A stretch of DNA of 64,000 nucleotides from NCBI GenBank assembly GCA_001179505.1, contig CDMY01000759.1, positions 1-64,000 of the forward strand. Direction: 5' to 3'. The notes under the pieces are model-generated. The model did no database searches. It was not told the DNA's origin and saw nothing but the letters and a program-made list of their open reading frames with translations. The translations under genes were made by a program, and so were the position numbers. This DNA is from Vitrella brassicaformis CCMP3155. Taxonomy: Eukaryota > Protista > Chromerida. Positions within the stretch are counted from its first letter, which is position 1. Each line of letters opens with the position of its first letter. Of the stretch, positions 1 to 21,651 are shown in pieces.

Positions 1-800
1 ACCATACATCAAGAAGATGCTCGAGAAGTACCGAATGCTACTAGCCAAGCCCGTCAGTCAACCATGCCCGCAGACGCACCGACTGAGCAAGGACCAGTCT
101 CCTCAGACACAAGAAGAGCGAGAGCGCATGAATCGACTGCCCTACAGAGAAGGCGTCGGTTCAGTGACGTACGAGGCGTGCGCATTGAGGCCAGACTGTG
201 CATTCGCCGTCAAGGAGTGCGCCATGCACAACAATGACCCAGGCGAATGGCACTGGAAGGCGCTTATGCACCTCATGCGCTACCTGAAGGACACAATGGA
301 TGCTCGCCTTGTGTACAAGCGGTCTGGCACAGATGAGATCAGGCTGACGTGCTACGCCGACTCAAGTCTCGGCGACAATGAGGACGGAACGAGCACAGGT
401 GGATACCTGACGTTCCTCAATGACTGTCTGGTTTCGTGGTCGTGTAAGAAGCAGACCTACATAACGGGGAGCACGATGGTGGCCGAGTATGTCGCGCTGT
501 AGAATGCATCGCAACACCTGCTGGCACTCAAGGAGTTCCTGGGAGAACTCGGGAGGAAGGTCAGTTCGGTGGAGTTGTACACGGACAATGATGCAGCGAG
601 GACGCTGACGGCCCATCCCCAAGAGAAGAAGACGAAAGGGAAGAACTACATTCCTCTTGACTATCTGGCGCTGAGACAGACAGTCGAAGTGGAGGGGTTC
701 AAGATTTGTCGCGTGGACGGGAAGGAAAACCCAGCCGACATCTTGACCAAACCCCTGCCAGCAGCGAGACACAACTATTTGTGCTCGAAGTTCATTGACC
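1..800 (+). mobile_element. Ty1/copia LTR retrotransposon, 3' part of pol (RT C-terminus plus RNase H); degenerate, with an in-frame TAG at 500-502
   Basis: ORFs 17..502 and 569..997 are in the same frame. Copia motifs: RPDCAFAV, HWKALMHLMRYLKDT, YADSS...STGGY, VSWSCKKQ...STMVAEYVAL, YTDNDAA, ENPADILTKPL. A TAG interrupts AEYVAL*NASQHL. The element runs off the left edge of the window. Confidence 0.93.
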
Positions 801-823
801 TACGGCCAAATGGGTCTGAACTT

Positions 824-1277
824 GAGAGGGGGAGCATTGCCCTGCGAGCCGAAGTCGGCCGAAAGGTCCAATTTGGTGATGGACCGAGACGCGAGAGGCC
901 ATGTTTACGCAGGCCGCGTGGCGGCAGACGCAGGAGGCGTCTCATCTCGCGTGGGGGCAACAGCGACGGGCTCCCGCCCTCTGCTGCACAGGAGTGAATG
1001 GGTTACTCTGTGCACACAACGTTCCACAACGTTCCTGTGGTGGTCTGGCATGTGGAGAGTCCCACGCACTCTCGTACGATGCACGAGCGCTCTCACTCCC
1101 AGTATGGTTGGTCATTGGTGGGTTGGGCCAACCAGGAGCAACGACCGGCTGACGCCCGCAAGGAGCCATCCGCGACATGTGTGTCTTTGCAGTGAGCACA
1201 CGCGCCGAGGCGCGAGAGGGGGTGTGTTGATATGTGTGGCGCGAACTCATCGCGTGGCTGGTCGATGGGCCATTGCA
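824..1277 (+). repeat. Polypurine tract (824-834) and candidate 3' LTR of the copia element
   Basis: GAGAGGGGGAG lies right after the RNase H end. It is followed by TGCCC at 838 and a possible ...TTGCA end at 1277. A second PPT-like GAGAGGGGGTG|TGTTGA at 1214-1230 gives an alternative LTR start. There is no 5' LTR in the window to confirm either. Confidence 0.35.
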
Positions 1278-1279
1278 AC

Positions 1280-1925
1280 TCAGGAAAGGGCTTTGGACTG
1301 ATACACTGCACAGTCCACTGTGAGCTCTGCATTAGCTTCAGCCAGTGAACGGATAATGTTCCGTAAAACATTGGCGCTCCGGCGCTTCCAGAATTCAGCA
1401 AGAGCCTGTTCAGCCTTTGACAGATCCAGTCCTTGAACCATGCACAGACGCGACACACTCATGCAGCCACTGCTCAAATTATCACACACACACACACACA
1501 CGCACACACACGAGTGCCACCATACACACATCCAACCACACACCCATCCAGAGGCCCACGCGAGAGCAGCCAACGTGCTGTGCCGGGTCTCCCCCTGGCC
1601 GACCCGGATGCTCGCGCCCACGTCCCTGTCCCCGGCCTCGCACCAGCCATATCACTTGCTGCCCCAATGCTCATCGATGACCCACCAGACACAGGCAAAG
1701 AACGACTCGCATCCGAGTTGTACCCAGGTGACAAGGACCCCCTACGGGACTGCTGAAGTGAGGGTCATCCGTGCATGTATGCGATGTGTTTGATGGATGG
1801 GATGGATGGATGTCAGCTGCTGTCCATAAGTGTGTGTGCGTGTGTGTTTGTGAGTGATTGAGACCCTGGGTGCTGGGTGGATGGACAGATTTGTGTCATC
1901 AACCATGACATTCGCTGCCTGGCTG
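1280..1925 (-). CDS. Hypothetical protein, 3' exons only (5' end not resolved)
   Basis: GT-AG-bounded segments join in frame (AANVMVDDTNLSIHPAPR|QSRRGSLSPGYNSDASRS...). A helical-looking terminal segment QGLDLSKAEQALAEFWKRRSANVLRNIIRSLAEANAELTVDCAVYQSKALS* ends at 1280. Confidence 0.4.
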
Positions 1926-2325
1926 TGGCGTGTGAGAGTGAGACACACACACCTCGTTGAAGCAATCGATCAAAACCATCTTTCGTCCATCCACTCATCC
2001 ACTCCTTGATTGAGTCATTTCATCGACACGTCTGTCCTGGTAACACAGTCGGTTATAAATTGAACGATTCGGCCATCTCTCTGTATCTGTGACCGTGTCA
2101 AAAAACATCAGCGGGGTCCAAGGGTACACACGCACAGACACCAGCATCACAAGGCTCAAACGATGGCCGAGGCCAAGATCTTATACACAGACGCACCACC
2201 AACACCAACAGCAGCAGAGACATATTCACATACACGAATGAGTGGTTCGGGGGGCACCAACACACGCAGACAGACAGGCACTCACCAACACACGCAGACA
2301 GGCACTCGGTAGCCGACTCCCACCC

Positions 2326-3030
2326 TCAAACCATCTCCAGGTGAACCGCCCGCGGCTTCCCAATGATCTGCCGAGGCGGTGCCGTCCTGTGTTCAACGCT
2401 CCTTCTCGCCCTCCTGGCCCTCGCTGGCTCCCTCTCCTCTGGCAGGTCCTGATAGCCCCTCAGCAGACTCCGGCCAAACACGCGCCTCTGGCATAACCGA
2501 TAAGCCTTCATGCATGCGCCCGTGTAGGCGCAATAGTACCCGCACATGGCCACGAGCAACACCCCCACCACAGCCAGCACAGCAGCGCCTCTGTTGCGGA
2601 ACTGGTCCTGGTCCGTGTCTTCCTCTTTGCCGCCCTGACCGCCACCGCCTCCCTCCGTCGCATTTGGGGGTGTGGTTGATGATGGGATGGGAGTCATGGG
2701 TAGGCCTTCTTCCGTCATGGGCGTGCTCTCAGCCCCTGATGTGACATTCTCTGATGGTGCTGCCGGCGTCGCCGTCTCGTTTGCACTGGTCGGTTCCGGC
2801 GATGGGGAGGAGAGGCCCTCATCTGCCATTGTGGGGGTTGCTGTCGAGTTGGACTCATCCAAGGGGAACTGAGAAGGAGAGGCTGTGGTGGATGCTGGCG
2901 AGTCTGTTGTTAATTGGAGCCGCCGAAGGACATCATCGTGGTAGTCTTGAAAAGCCCCACGCCTCACGGCCCCTCGGGCAAGAAGAGGAAAGGCGCCACT
3001 GCAGAATAAGATGAATACAAGAATCCTCAT
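2326..3030 (-). CDS. Single-exon mucin-like type I membrane protein (signal peptide, S/T/P/E-rich stalk, one TM helix, basic tail)
   Basis: MRILVFILFCSGAFPLLARG signal peptide, RRLQ motif, TTDSPASTTASPS/EPTSANETATP stalk, TM GAAVLAVVGVLLVAMCGYYCAYTGAC. Confidence 0.75.
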   Translation of the reverse strand: MRILVFILFCSGAFPLLARGAVRRGAFQDYHDDVLRRLQLTTDSPASTTASPSQFPLDESNSTATPTMADEGLSSPSPEPTSANETATPAAPSENVTSGAESTPMTEEGLPMTPIPSSTTPPNATEGGGGGQGGKEEDTDQDQFRNRGAAVLAVVGVLLVAMCGYYCAYTGACMKAYRLCQRRVFGRSLLRGYQDLPEEREPARARRARRSVEHRTAPPRQIIGKPRAVHLEMV

Positions 3031-3421
3031 GTTAGAAGGCACCCCTAGCTCATGCCAGACACCCCAGAGCGCGAAATCCGTTCTCCAGCAGCTCAGCTCG
3101 CAAAAAAGCTCGCTTTTCAGGAGGATTAAAAAGGAAATCGGCTCTCCGGCGGCTTCTGGCTAGTTTTGGCTCTGAGTAGCTGCGGCCGCTTCATTTTTCG
3201 CTGCGGTGGCTTCTCCCCAACTCCTCGCCGGGCTGCAGGCGCGGCTGCTGTTCTCCCCGTTTGGAGCCAACGTGTCGCCTGACGGCAGCCGGCAAGCGAG
3301 GAGAACCCCCTTCTCGCCTGCCCACCACAACAATGGCGCCACCGCCGCCCACCCACCCCGGCTGACCGAGGACGACGGCAGCCCTGGCAAAAGCCAGCGG
3401 CACCACTCCCCTCACACCTTG

Positions 3422-4912
3422 ATGATGCGGGCGGCTCCCCCCATCATGCGCCCCAGCCTCCGCTACGTCCCCGCCCTCCTGCTGGTCATCCTCTGCATGG
3501 TGCCGCTTTACCTCCTGTGGCAGTTCTCACGGGTCAAGGACGAACCCCGCCCCACCGACCCGGTCATCATGACGCAGCTGGCCAACCTGCGGGTAATGCT
3601 CGAGGGCACCAAGTACGCCAACAGCGGGCAGAGCCAGCGGCTGCTGCAGCTCGAGCACCTCATGGCGCAGCTGGGCGACACCGTGAGCACCAAGGAGACT
3701 GCCGTGGCCACGAGACTGTCCCATCTTGAGGAGCTCTACAGACTCCTGGCGGACTCGACGACCACCCCAGCAATGCGCAGGAGGGCAGATCGCAACCCGC
3801 ATTTGGCCGCCCATCACACATTCCGCGAGTCCAGGTCGCCGTCGCTGTCCCCCAGCACCCAGTGGGTGCCCGGCCTGCGGTGGGTGTTCACTGTGACGCC
3901 CACCTACCGGCGCGTGACGCAGAAGCTGGACCTGACGCGGCTGTTCAACACATTCGCTTTATCTGCCAATGTGCACATGATTGTCGTCGAGGACAGCATG
4001 AACAACACCGCCAAGGTTGAGAGGGTGCTGAATGAGAGCACGCTGCTGCACTGGTCGCACCGGCACGTCAGGACCACCGCTGGCCTCAAAGTCAAGGGCA
4101 GCGAGCAGAGGAACGAGGGCATACGCACCATCCGCGAGATCGTCTTCAACGAGACCGATTCAGAACTCAGGAAGGCTTATGAGGTGCGTGCACTCTGTGC
4201 TGGACAGACACGTGGGTGGGATGCCTGTGTGTACCTCTCTCTGTGTGTGGATGTGCAATCAGGATGCGGTGGTGTACTTCGCTGACGACGACAATGCGTA
4301 TGACGTGCGCATCCTGGACGAGCTGCGGAAGGTGCGCAACATCGGCACCTGGCCCGTGGCTCTCTCTGGGCAGCGGATTACCGAGCGGTGCGAAGTCGAC
4401 CCCACCACCGGCAAAATCAAGGGATACAAGGCATGGGCGGTGAGCGACCACACAAACACAGACACACGGCGACAAACATCCATGCTCATCTCTCGCCGTC
4501 CGTGTGTGGGTGTGGTCGTTGTGTTGTGTGCAGTCTCAGCGGCCGTATCCGATTGACACGGCTGGGTTCGGTATGCACGTGCGCTTCCTGCTGCACGAGC
4601 CGCCTGTGATGTTCAACCCCCACAGCAAAATGTGCCACCTCGAGACCGACTTCCTCAAACAGACCAACGTCAGCAGATACGACGTGGAACCTCTCGCGGA
4701 CAACTGCACAAAGGTACGTGTGCGTGCAGTGTGATGGGTGGGTGGATGGACAGGCAGCAGGGCAGCTTGTCATTTCTCTACACATGAATGGATCTTTCCC
4801 TCTGTGTGTGTGTGTGTGTGTGTGTCAGGTATACACGTGGCACGTGTCGACGTCGATCAAGTGGGGCGGCAAGAAGGCCCCGCCCAACTTCGATGAGGAG
4901 TTTGACGTGTAG
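3422..4912 (+). CDS. Glycosyltransferase family 43 (beta-1,3-glucuronosyltransferase/B3GAT-like), type II membrane protein
   Basis: Exons about 3422-4183, 4263-4439, 4534-4713 and 4829-4912 with GT-AG introns. Motifs VTPTYRR...DLTRL, IVVED, QRNEGI, VYFADDDNAYD (DxD), PIDTAGF, LETDFL, EPLADNCTKVYTWH. N-terminal TM LLLVILCMVPLYLLW. Confidence 0.92.
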
Positions 4913-6353
4913 CCCCGCCCACCCGTGCCCACACTATCGCACTCATTCACGCCTCCGTGTGTGTACGGGCGCCGCTTTGTTTTTGTGCGCCTGGCTGTGC
5001 ATTGGCTGTGCACTTGTTTCGAAAAGGGATGGGGGCAGGTAGAGGAGGGCAGGGCTGGCAGCTGCGTTGCGCGTGTAGGCAGTGATATTTTGGTAGGGCC
5101 TAATCAGCACAGCGCGACAGTGCGAGGCTTTATTCATCATTCTGTATAGAGTTCCTGTCTGCCTGCCATATTGTATGTAGAGCGAGGCCAAGGTAGGTGG
5201 CAGACCACTCGATCATCATGTAGAGGGAGACAGGGAGGGGGGAGGGTCTTTTGATGGATGGAGTGCTGACATGCCTGCTGGTCTCCGCGTGACCCCCTAC
5301 ACACACCCGGCTGTCAGCGGCCGCGGCTCGAGCAGGAAGACCTCATCGAGGCCTCACTCTGTGTGTGTATGTCTCTCTGTGTGTGTGCGCGCGTCTGTAT
5401 AGGTAGGGCTGGTGTGGTATTGTTTATGCAGACCTGCATATGCATGAATGTGTGTATGTGTGTGTGTACGTGTGCGTGGCGTGCATCGCGGACACGACTG
5501 ATTGTCCTGTGTGGTGCGCGTGCGTATACATTTATCACGTGTTTATGACACCGTCTGTCTCTCTCACACAGATACGCAACGCCGTCACTCGTAGATGATA
5601 CAAAGGGTCTGTCTCCCGGCGAGTGACAATTGAAGAAATAGGCACACGGCACATGGTGCGGGCATCCATCCACTCAGCCACTCACCCATGCGAGGCAACC
5701 AATACCTCAGAGAGACCACCGCTGTTTGTCGTCACCGCGGGCCCTCGCACCCGACCGACCTCTAGCTCTCTCCTGTCCACCCACTCAACCAACCGCCCAG
5801 TGCGCAAAGCATCGGTGTCAAAGTCGTGTCAGCGTCGCTTGACTGACGGACAGCCCTGCAGGAGCAGTGCGAGGGGCTGACTAACCACAACACACCATAC
5901 AGTACCATCACCGACAGACCACAGACCCCATCAGCCACACCCTATCTACGTGAGCTATGCAGCAGTCACAAAACAGACGTACAGACAGGCAGGGAGTGAG
6001 GGAAATAAACTGCACACCAGACAGACAGACAGACGGACAGACGCACAATGAAGCCAACCAATGCACACAAGTGGGCTGCCTGTGGCGGCTTGGTGACGGT
6101 CGTCACTGGGTGGACCGGCCCCCACCCCACCCCCCCCGCCCTCCCCCCTTGTTTGTCCGCTTCGAAAAAGGGAAAAAGGCCATCCATCCATCTAGACATC
6201 TAGGCATCTAGACAGACATCTCAAGTGCTCGCGTGTTCAAAGAGAGGAAGGAGAGAAGGAAGGAGCTGGGGCATCGTCAACGCCCCATTGCGTACGAAGA
6301 TCGACAGTGTGTGTGGAATGTCAGCCAGCGTCATCTATGCTATGCACAAACAC

Positions 6354-6653
6354 NNNNNNNNNNNNNNNNNNNNNNNNNNNNNNNNNNNNNNNNNNNNNNN
6401 NNNNNNNNNNNNNNNNNNNNNNNNNNNNNNNNNNNNNNNNNNNNNNNNNNNNNNNNNNNNNNNNNNNNNNNNNNNNNNNNNNNNNNNNNNNNNNNNNNNN
6501 NNNNNNNNNNNNNNNNNNNNNNNNNNNNNNNNNNNNNNNNNNNNNNNNNNNNNNNNNNNNNNNNNNNNNNNNNNNNNNNNNNNNNNNNNNNNNNNNNNNN
6601 NNNNNNNNNNNNNNNNNNNNNNNNNNNNNNNNNNNNNNNNNNNNNNNNNNNNN
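6354..6653. other. Assembly gap (300 N)
   Basis: Run of 300 N characters. Confidence 1.
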
Positions 6654-6795
6654 CTCCCGCCCTCATTGTACGTGTCGCTCCCCTACACACGTCCCTCCGT
6701 CTGCTGTCTATCCATGCGTCGCCCCTATCGCTCTCCATCCATCCCTCTCTGCGATGGGTGAGTGTGTCTAGCTGGGTGGGCAGCTAGCTAGCTGG

Positions 6796-8614
6796 CTACA
6801 CGCCGTTGGTGAGGCCCTTGTTGAGCTTCTGGTACATCAGGTACCAATGAACCGTCTGACGGATGCCCTGATGGACCAGTGGATTGATGGGAGGGGCACA
6901 GGTATGCGTCTGGCGGCTGTTGCTGTTAGTGTCTGTGCGTCTATATCGAAACTTACGTCGTCGAGTGAGACCTTCGGGTGGAAGTTCAGGATTGCCTGGG
7001 CGCGCTTCTGGTCGGCACTGATACACACGAAGATGGAGAGACATACATGGAGATATGAATGTACCTCTGTCTGCATGTGTGTGTAAGCAGCCAGCTGGTC
7101 CACCTGGTGAGCGGCACATCGCCGGGTTGGTCAGGCATTTGGTTGATGAGTGCCTTCTTGCCGCAGTGCTTCTCGATCGTCGATATCAACTCGTTCAACG
7201 TGTGCGTCGCACCACCACCTACACACACACTGATCCATGTAAGCAGCCATGCCAAATGATAAGTGTTTGCATGTTTGCGTACCGAGGTTGACGATTTCGT
7301 ATGGTCTTGGGTTGTCGATGGCTGCGATGACGCCATCCACTATGTCAGATATGTAAGTGAACTCCCTGTTGAGCAACCGATTGGTGGGAGGGGCCATTGC
7401 AAGGGCCGCACGAGTGTGTGGGGTGTGTGTGTGTGTGAGTACCTGATGGCAGATCCGTCTCCATATTTGTCGATGGCTCTGTCGTGGTAGATGCGATCGA
7501 TGAACTTGTACGCAGCCATGTCAGGCCGACCTCTGAAACACACACATCCATCACTCGTACTCGTGCACACAGGTCAATGTCTCTCTGTGTGTGTGTGTGT
7601 GTGTCGATCTGTGTGTGTGTGTCGGTGTTTGACCTGGGTCCGTATACGGTGAAGAATCTGAGGCAGGTGACATTCTGGTTGTACAGGTGGTGGTACGTGT
7701 GCGCAAACAACTCGCAGCTCCGCTTCGTCGCAGCGTAAGGGCTGATCTGCACACACGCACACACACACACACACGCAAAAACACCGACGACGGCAAACAT
7801 GCAATGCCGCATCTGTGTGTCCTTTTCTGCCCGCTTGGCTGCATACGGGTTTGTTGCAGAGTTGGTCTTCGCTGAATGGGGGTGTGGAGCTCTTGCCGTA
7901 GACGCTCGACGACGAGGCCATGACGAAGTTGGGCACGTTGTGCTTCCTGGACAACTCCAACAGGTGAACGGTCGCCAAGATGTTCGTCTGCACATTCGCT
8001 GAACAACACACACATGCAAGCAGGCGCCGTGCGTGTGGCGATAACCGATCCATGTGTCCATCCATCTCTCTCTCTGTCGGTTTTGATGACGGCCTACAGA
8101 TGGCGTGTTGGATGGAGTGTCTGACGCCAGCCTGAGCCGCCAGGTGACAGATGACGTCGAACTTGTGCTCCTCGAACACCTGACACACACCCACGGGCAC
8201 ATGGCCATGCAGATACTCACACGCGCCCGCCCGTCCCGTTGTCGCGCCACTCACCTTAGTGACCGCGTCGAGGTCCCTGAGGTCGATGAGGTATTCGGTG
8301 AGTTTGCCGGTGGGGACGCTCCTGAGTATGTCGAGGGTGTGCTCCTTCAGGCGCTGGTCGTAGTAGTCATTCACATTGTCCAGCAGCACCACCTGCACAC
8401 ACCACACCGCACACACAACAGACGCATCCACAACACATCCATCCAGCGAGATCTCGCGCAGACAAAGGTGACTCTGTCCGTCTGTCTGTCTTATGCCGTG
8501 CCGTGTGTGTGTTTGGCTTTGTATGTCTTGTCTGACCTCGTCTCCCCTCTTGAGCAGCACTTCGCATGTGTGGCCGCCCACGAAGCCGGCGCCGCCCGTC
8601 AACAGCACCTTCAT
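6796..8614 (-). CDS. NAD-dependent epimerase/dehydratase, UDP-glucuronate 4-epimerase (GAE/CapI)-like
   Basis: Multi-exon. [56 protein letters not shown] (YxxxK), [48 protein letters not shown]. Stop TAG at 6796-6798. Confidence 0.93.
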
Positions 8615-9035
8615 GCCGACGCACAACCACAGATGCCGCTGGTGGTGCAGCAACAGCAGCAGCAGCAGCAACAAGCACACCCACCAAGACCTCTGTATAC
8701 CGGGGAAGGGGAAAGGAGGAGCGGCGCGGATCTTCCTTCCCCAAGCTCGCCTTTCTCGGCTCGCATCGAAGAGGAGTGAGTTTGTGAAGTAGAGATCTGT
8801 GCTGACGGGTAGCTTGTGTATTGGACAGACGGAGCGCCAGCGATGTCAGTGATGCGCATCTCTCGCTCCGTCGTCTGACCGAGACGGACCAATGCCTACG
8901 ACAACCTTTCCAGCCAACAAGCCGCTCTCCCCGCCCTCTCGCTTATCTGGTGACCATCACACGCCCATCCCTCCTCCCTGCCACATCCTCAGCCCGACCG
9001 CCAGCAGCCGGCACATCTGCGTGTGAAGTGTGACG

Positions 9036-19106
<10,071 letters not shown>

Positions 19107-19122
19107 CGCATATACAGAGAGG

Positions 19123-19651
19123 CTGCGGGAACGGTGGCCGAGTGGGCGGCGGAGGGGTGGGAGGTGAGGTGGTTTGGCGTCTGTCTGTCTTGTCCTGTTT
19201 GTGTCTCATCCATGGAGAGATGGATGGATGGATGGATGGACAGAGGGCGGGGCGACTGACAAGTAGCCATAGTTACAATGAATGCAATGCAGCTGTTCGG
19301 GCGGAAGGGTGTGAATGTAGCCAGCCAGCAACAGTGATCGATAGAGGGAAGGACGGAGGGAGGCAGAGGGGCTGTGTTAGTCCGACTGTCTTCGCCATGC
19401 CTGCCTGCCTGCCTGTGTCCTTTTTCCTTTCAATGCCGGTAGGTAGATTCCCTCCTTCCCTCCGCCATTTGCGATACGTGTGCGTGTGAACGATGCCGTA
19501 TTTGCAGCGTACAGGCCAGTCGGAGAATTAGGACAGACAAGCAGACGGACGGACAGCCAGGGAGGGCAACACACGACACGCAACGACACTCGAATGGTTG
19601 CGTTGCTTCTTGTGTGTATGTGTGTATGTATGTGTATTTGTTGGAACTACC
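19123..19651 (+). repeat. Direct repeat copy A (~500 bp; partner 21652-22151)
   Basis: Starts CTGCGGGAACGGTGGCCGAGTGGGCGG in both copies. The core from about 19410 to 19642 is nearly identical to about 21900-22142. Confidence 0.95.
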
Positions 19652-20040
19652 CACCTGTCTATCACTGTTGCGCACAGACGTATTGATTGGATGGCCATCT
19701 GCCCAGCTCTCTCTGGTACTTAGTGTGCGCGTAGGTGTACGTGTGTGCCGACAGTGACATTTTCCATCTGTAGCTCCCCGGCCGCGTGCATGCCTGTTTT
19801 GGTCGTCCCTCAAAGCGCATGCCGATGAGGTACGGGAGCCTCCCGCCCACCACCAAACACATGGGGAGTTTCGCACATCCGCAGAAACCTGGCCGCCTGG
19901 CATGGCGAGGTTCCCATATCCACGGATCTCTCCGAGAGCAACGTGGGTCCCCTCAGCGCGGCAGACAGTCTTCATTCTTTACTGTGCTCATCTGTACCAT
20001 CAACTGCGTCGTCACCGCGTCGTCACCTCTCTGTTTCGAG

Positions 20041-21071
20041 ATGAAGCTTCAGATCTTGCTGTGCCTTGTCGGCCTCGCTGCTGTGTGCGGTGCTGCCCCC
20101 TCCAACACCAACACGACGGCCACTGTGGCCGACCCATCAGCTGCCGATGCCGCCACCAACGAGACGGTAGGGAGGGCGCCTGTCACTGTGTGTCGGTTCT
20201 CTTCCCATCTGGTTGTGCTGCTTTGCGTGTGTGCAGTCAGTGTCCACCACCGAGACAGATCTCGATACCGCTCCTCTCGATAACAACGTGGGCAATCATG
20301 GCTTTGCATAACACATTTTCTTATTGGTGACACTGTGTGTATGTGTGTGTGTATGTGAGTGTGTGCAGGTTGCTGATGGCGAGGACGGCGGGAGTCGCCG
20401 TCTGCAGGACGATGAGCAAGTCTTCAGAGAAGTCGTTTCACACGAGGGCGTCAGGAGGTGTGACCAGTCGGCCCTCATCGAGAAGGGCGAGGCGATAGGG
20501 CGTCAGCGTGCCGCGGAGTGGGGGGACGAATGGCGCCTCGAGTCTGTGGAGATTGTGGGGGACCCCGAGCCAACCACAACCAGGGGAACTGGCGACACAC
20601 CGAGTAGCTGCTCCATATCTGGCACCGTGGAGATCAGGCTTGTCACGGTATATGCATCCACGCGAATCTGTGAACACAGCCTGTGTGAATGCACCTATGT
20701 GGGGGGTGTGCGTGCAGTGGAGAAAAATCGGCGTCATCAACAAATGCCATGAGCCCATCAGGATTATCGTCCACTACAAGCCGAGATCCGGCGACTGGGT
20801 CTGCAGCGACTGGTATAGTGTCAGTCCCGACAACGACAAGGGGTACTTCCCCTTCCAAGTGGACGGCGAGTGGGAGATCTACTGGCACGCGCAGAGCACC
20901 GTCAGCGACGCCACTTGGCACGGCTACGGCGACGATATCAAGGAGTGCAAGGGAGAGGGTCTGGACATGGAGGTGGCAAAATTGGATGAGGACCTCGACT
21001 ATGACGGCAATTTCTTCCTGAGACTGACATGCGACCGGCGCCGCCTCCGAGGACGCCAACTCGATCGCTGA
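20041..21071 (+). CDS. Secreted protein with a C-terminal DUF1036-like domain
   Basis: Signal peptide MKLQILLCLVGLAAVCGA. Exons 20041-20166, ~20237-20287, 20369-20648 and 20718-21071, all phase 0. The last exon VINKCHEPIRIIVHYKPRSGDWVCSDWYSVSP...YWHAQS...WHG...LTC fits the recalled DUF1036 pattern (N-C...Y...W...W...Y.A...W.G...C). Confidence 0.7.
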
Positions 21072-21651
21072 AGCAAGCTGAGTCCAAATGGGAGGGAGGA
21101 AAGGCCGTGTGTGCTGCATGTGGAGTGGGTGACCGTCATGTGTGAGTGAGCACATCTTTTCGGTGTCATCGAATGTGGATGAGAGAAAGGATGGCAGTAG
21201 TGTACTTGTTGTGTACCTGCTGCTTTCTCACCCGCGCGAGTTGCGCTAGTTGCGTAGCTGGCCGCCGACACGCTCCCCCATCCCTCCCTCCCTCCCTCCC
21301 TCGTGCTTTTTCTGGCCTTCTGTGTTTTTTGGGCCAAATCCTGGCGGCTCTCTCGAGTGTGGCTATGGGTGTGGGTGTGGCTATGGGTGTGAGTGTGGGG
21401 TGGCAGTCATGTGTGCCACACATTGGCAACAGACTACATGGGTGACAGACCATAGTTGTGTGCGTGTGCGTCGTTGAGGGCCTGGAACTGTGGAGGTGGG
21501 ACTGCGTGCTGCTTTGGTGAACGGATCGATGGATTGAAGGATACACACGAGTTCAGGTGTCCATCACCCACCCAACAAGCGCCACACGTACACCCATTAG
21601 TGCATCCATCAACGCATCGACAAAACGGCCCACACGCATTCCCACTCTCAA

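Noticed and set aside
5700-5890. Minus-strand coding-like fragment (LALLLQGCPSVKRR*HDFDTDALRTGRLVEW...)
   Set aside because: It has an internal stop and no supportable flanking exons; at most a pseudogene scrap.
6225-6787. ORFs spanning the N run
   Set aside because: Artefacts of translating through the assembly gap.
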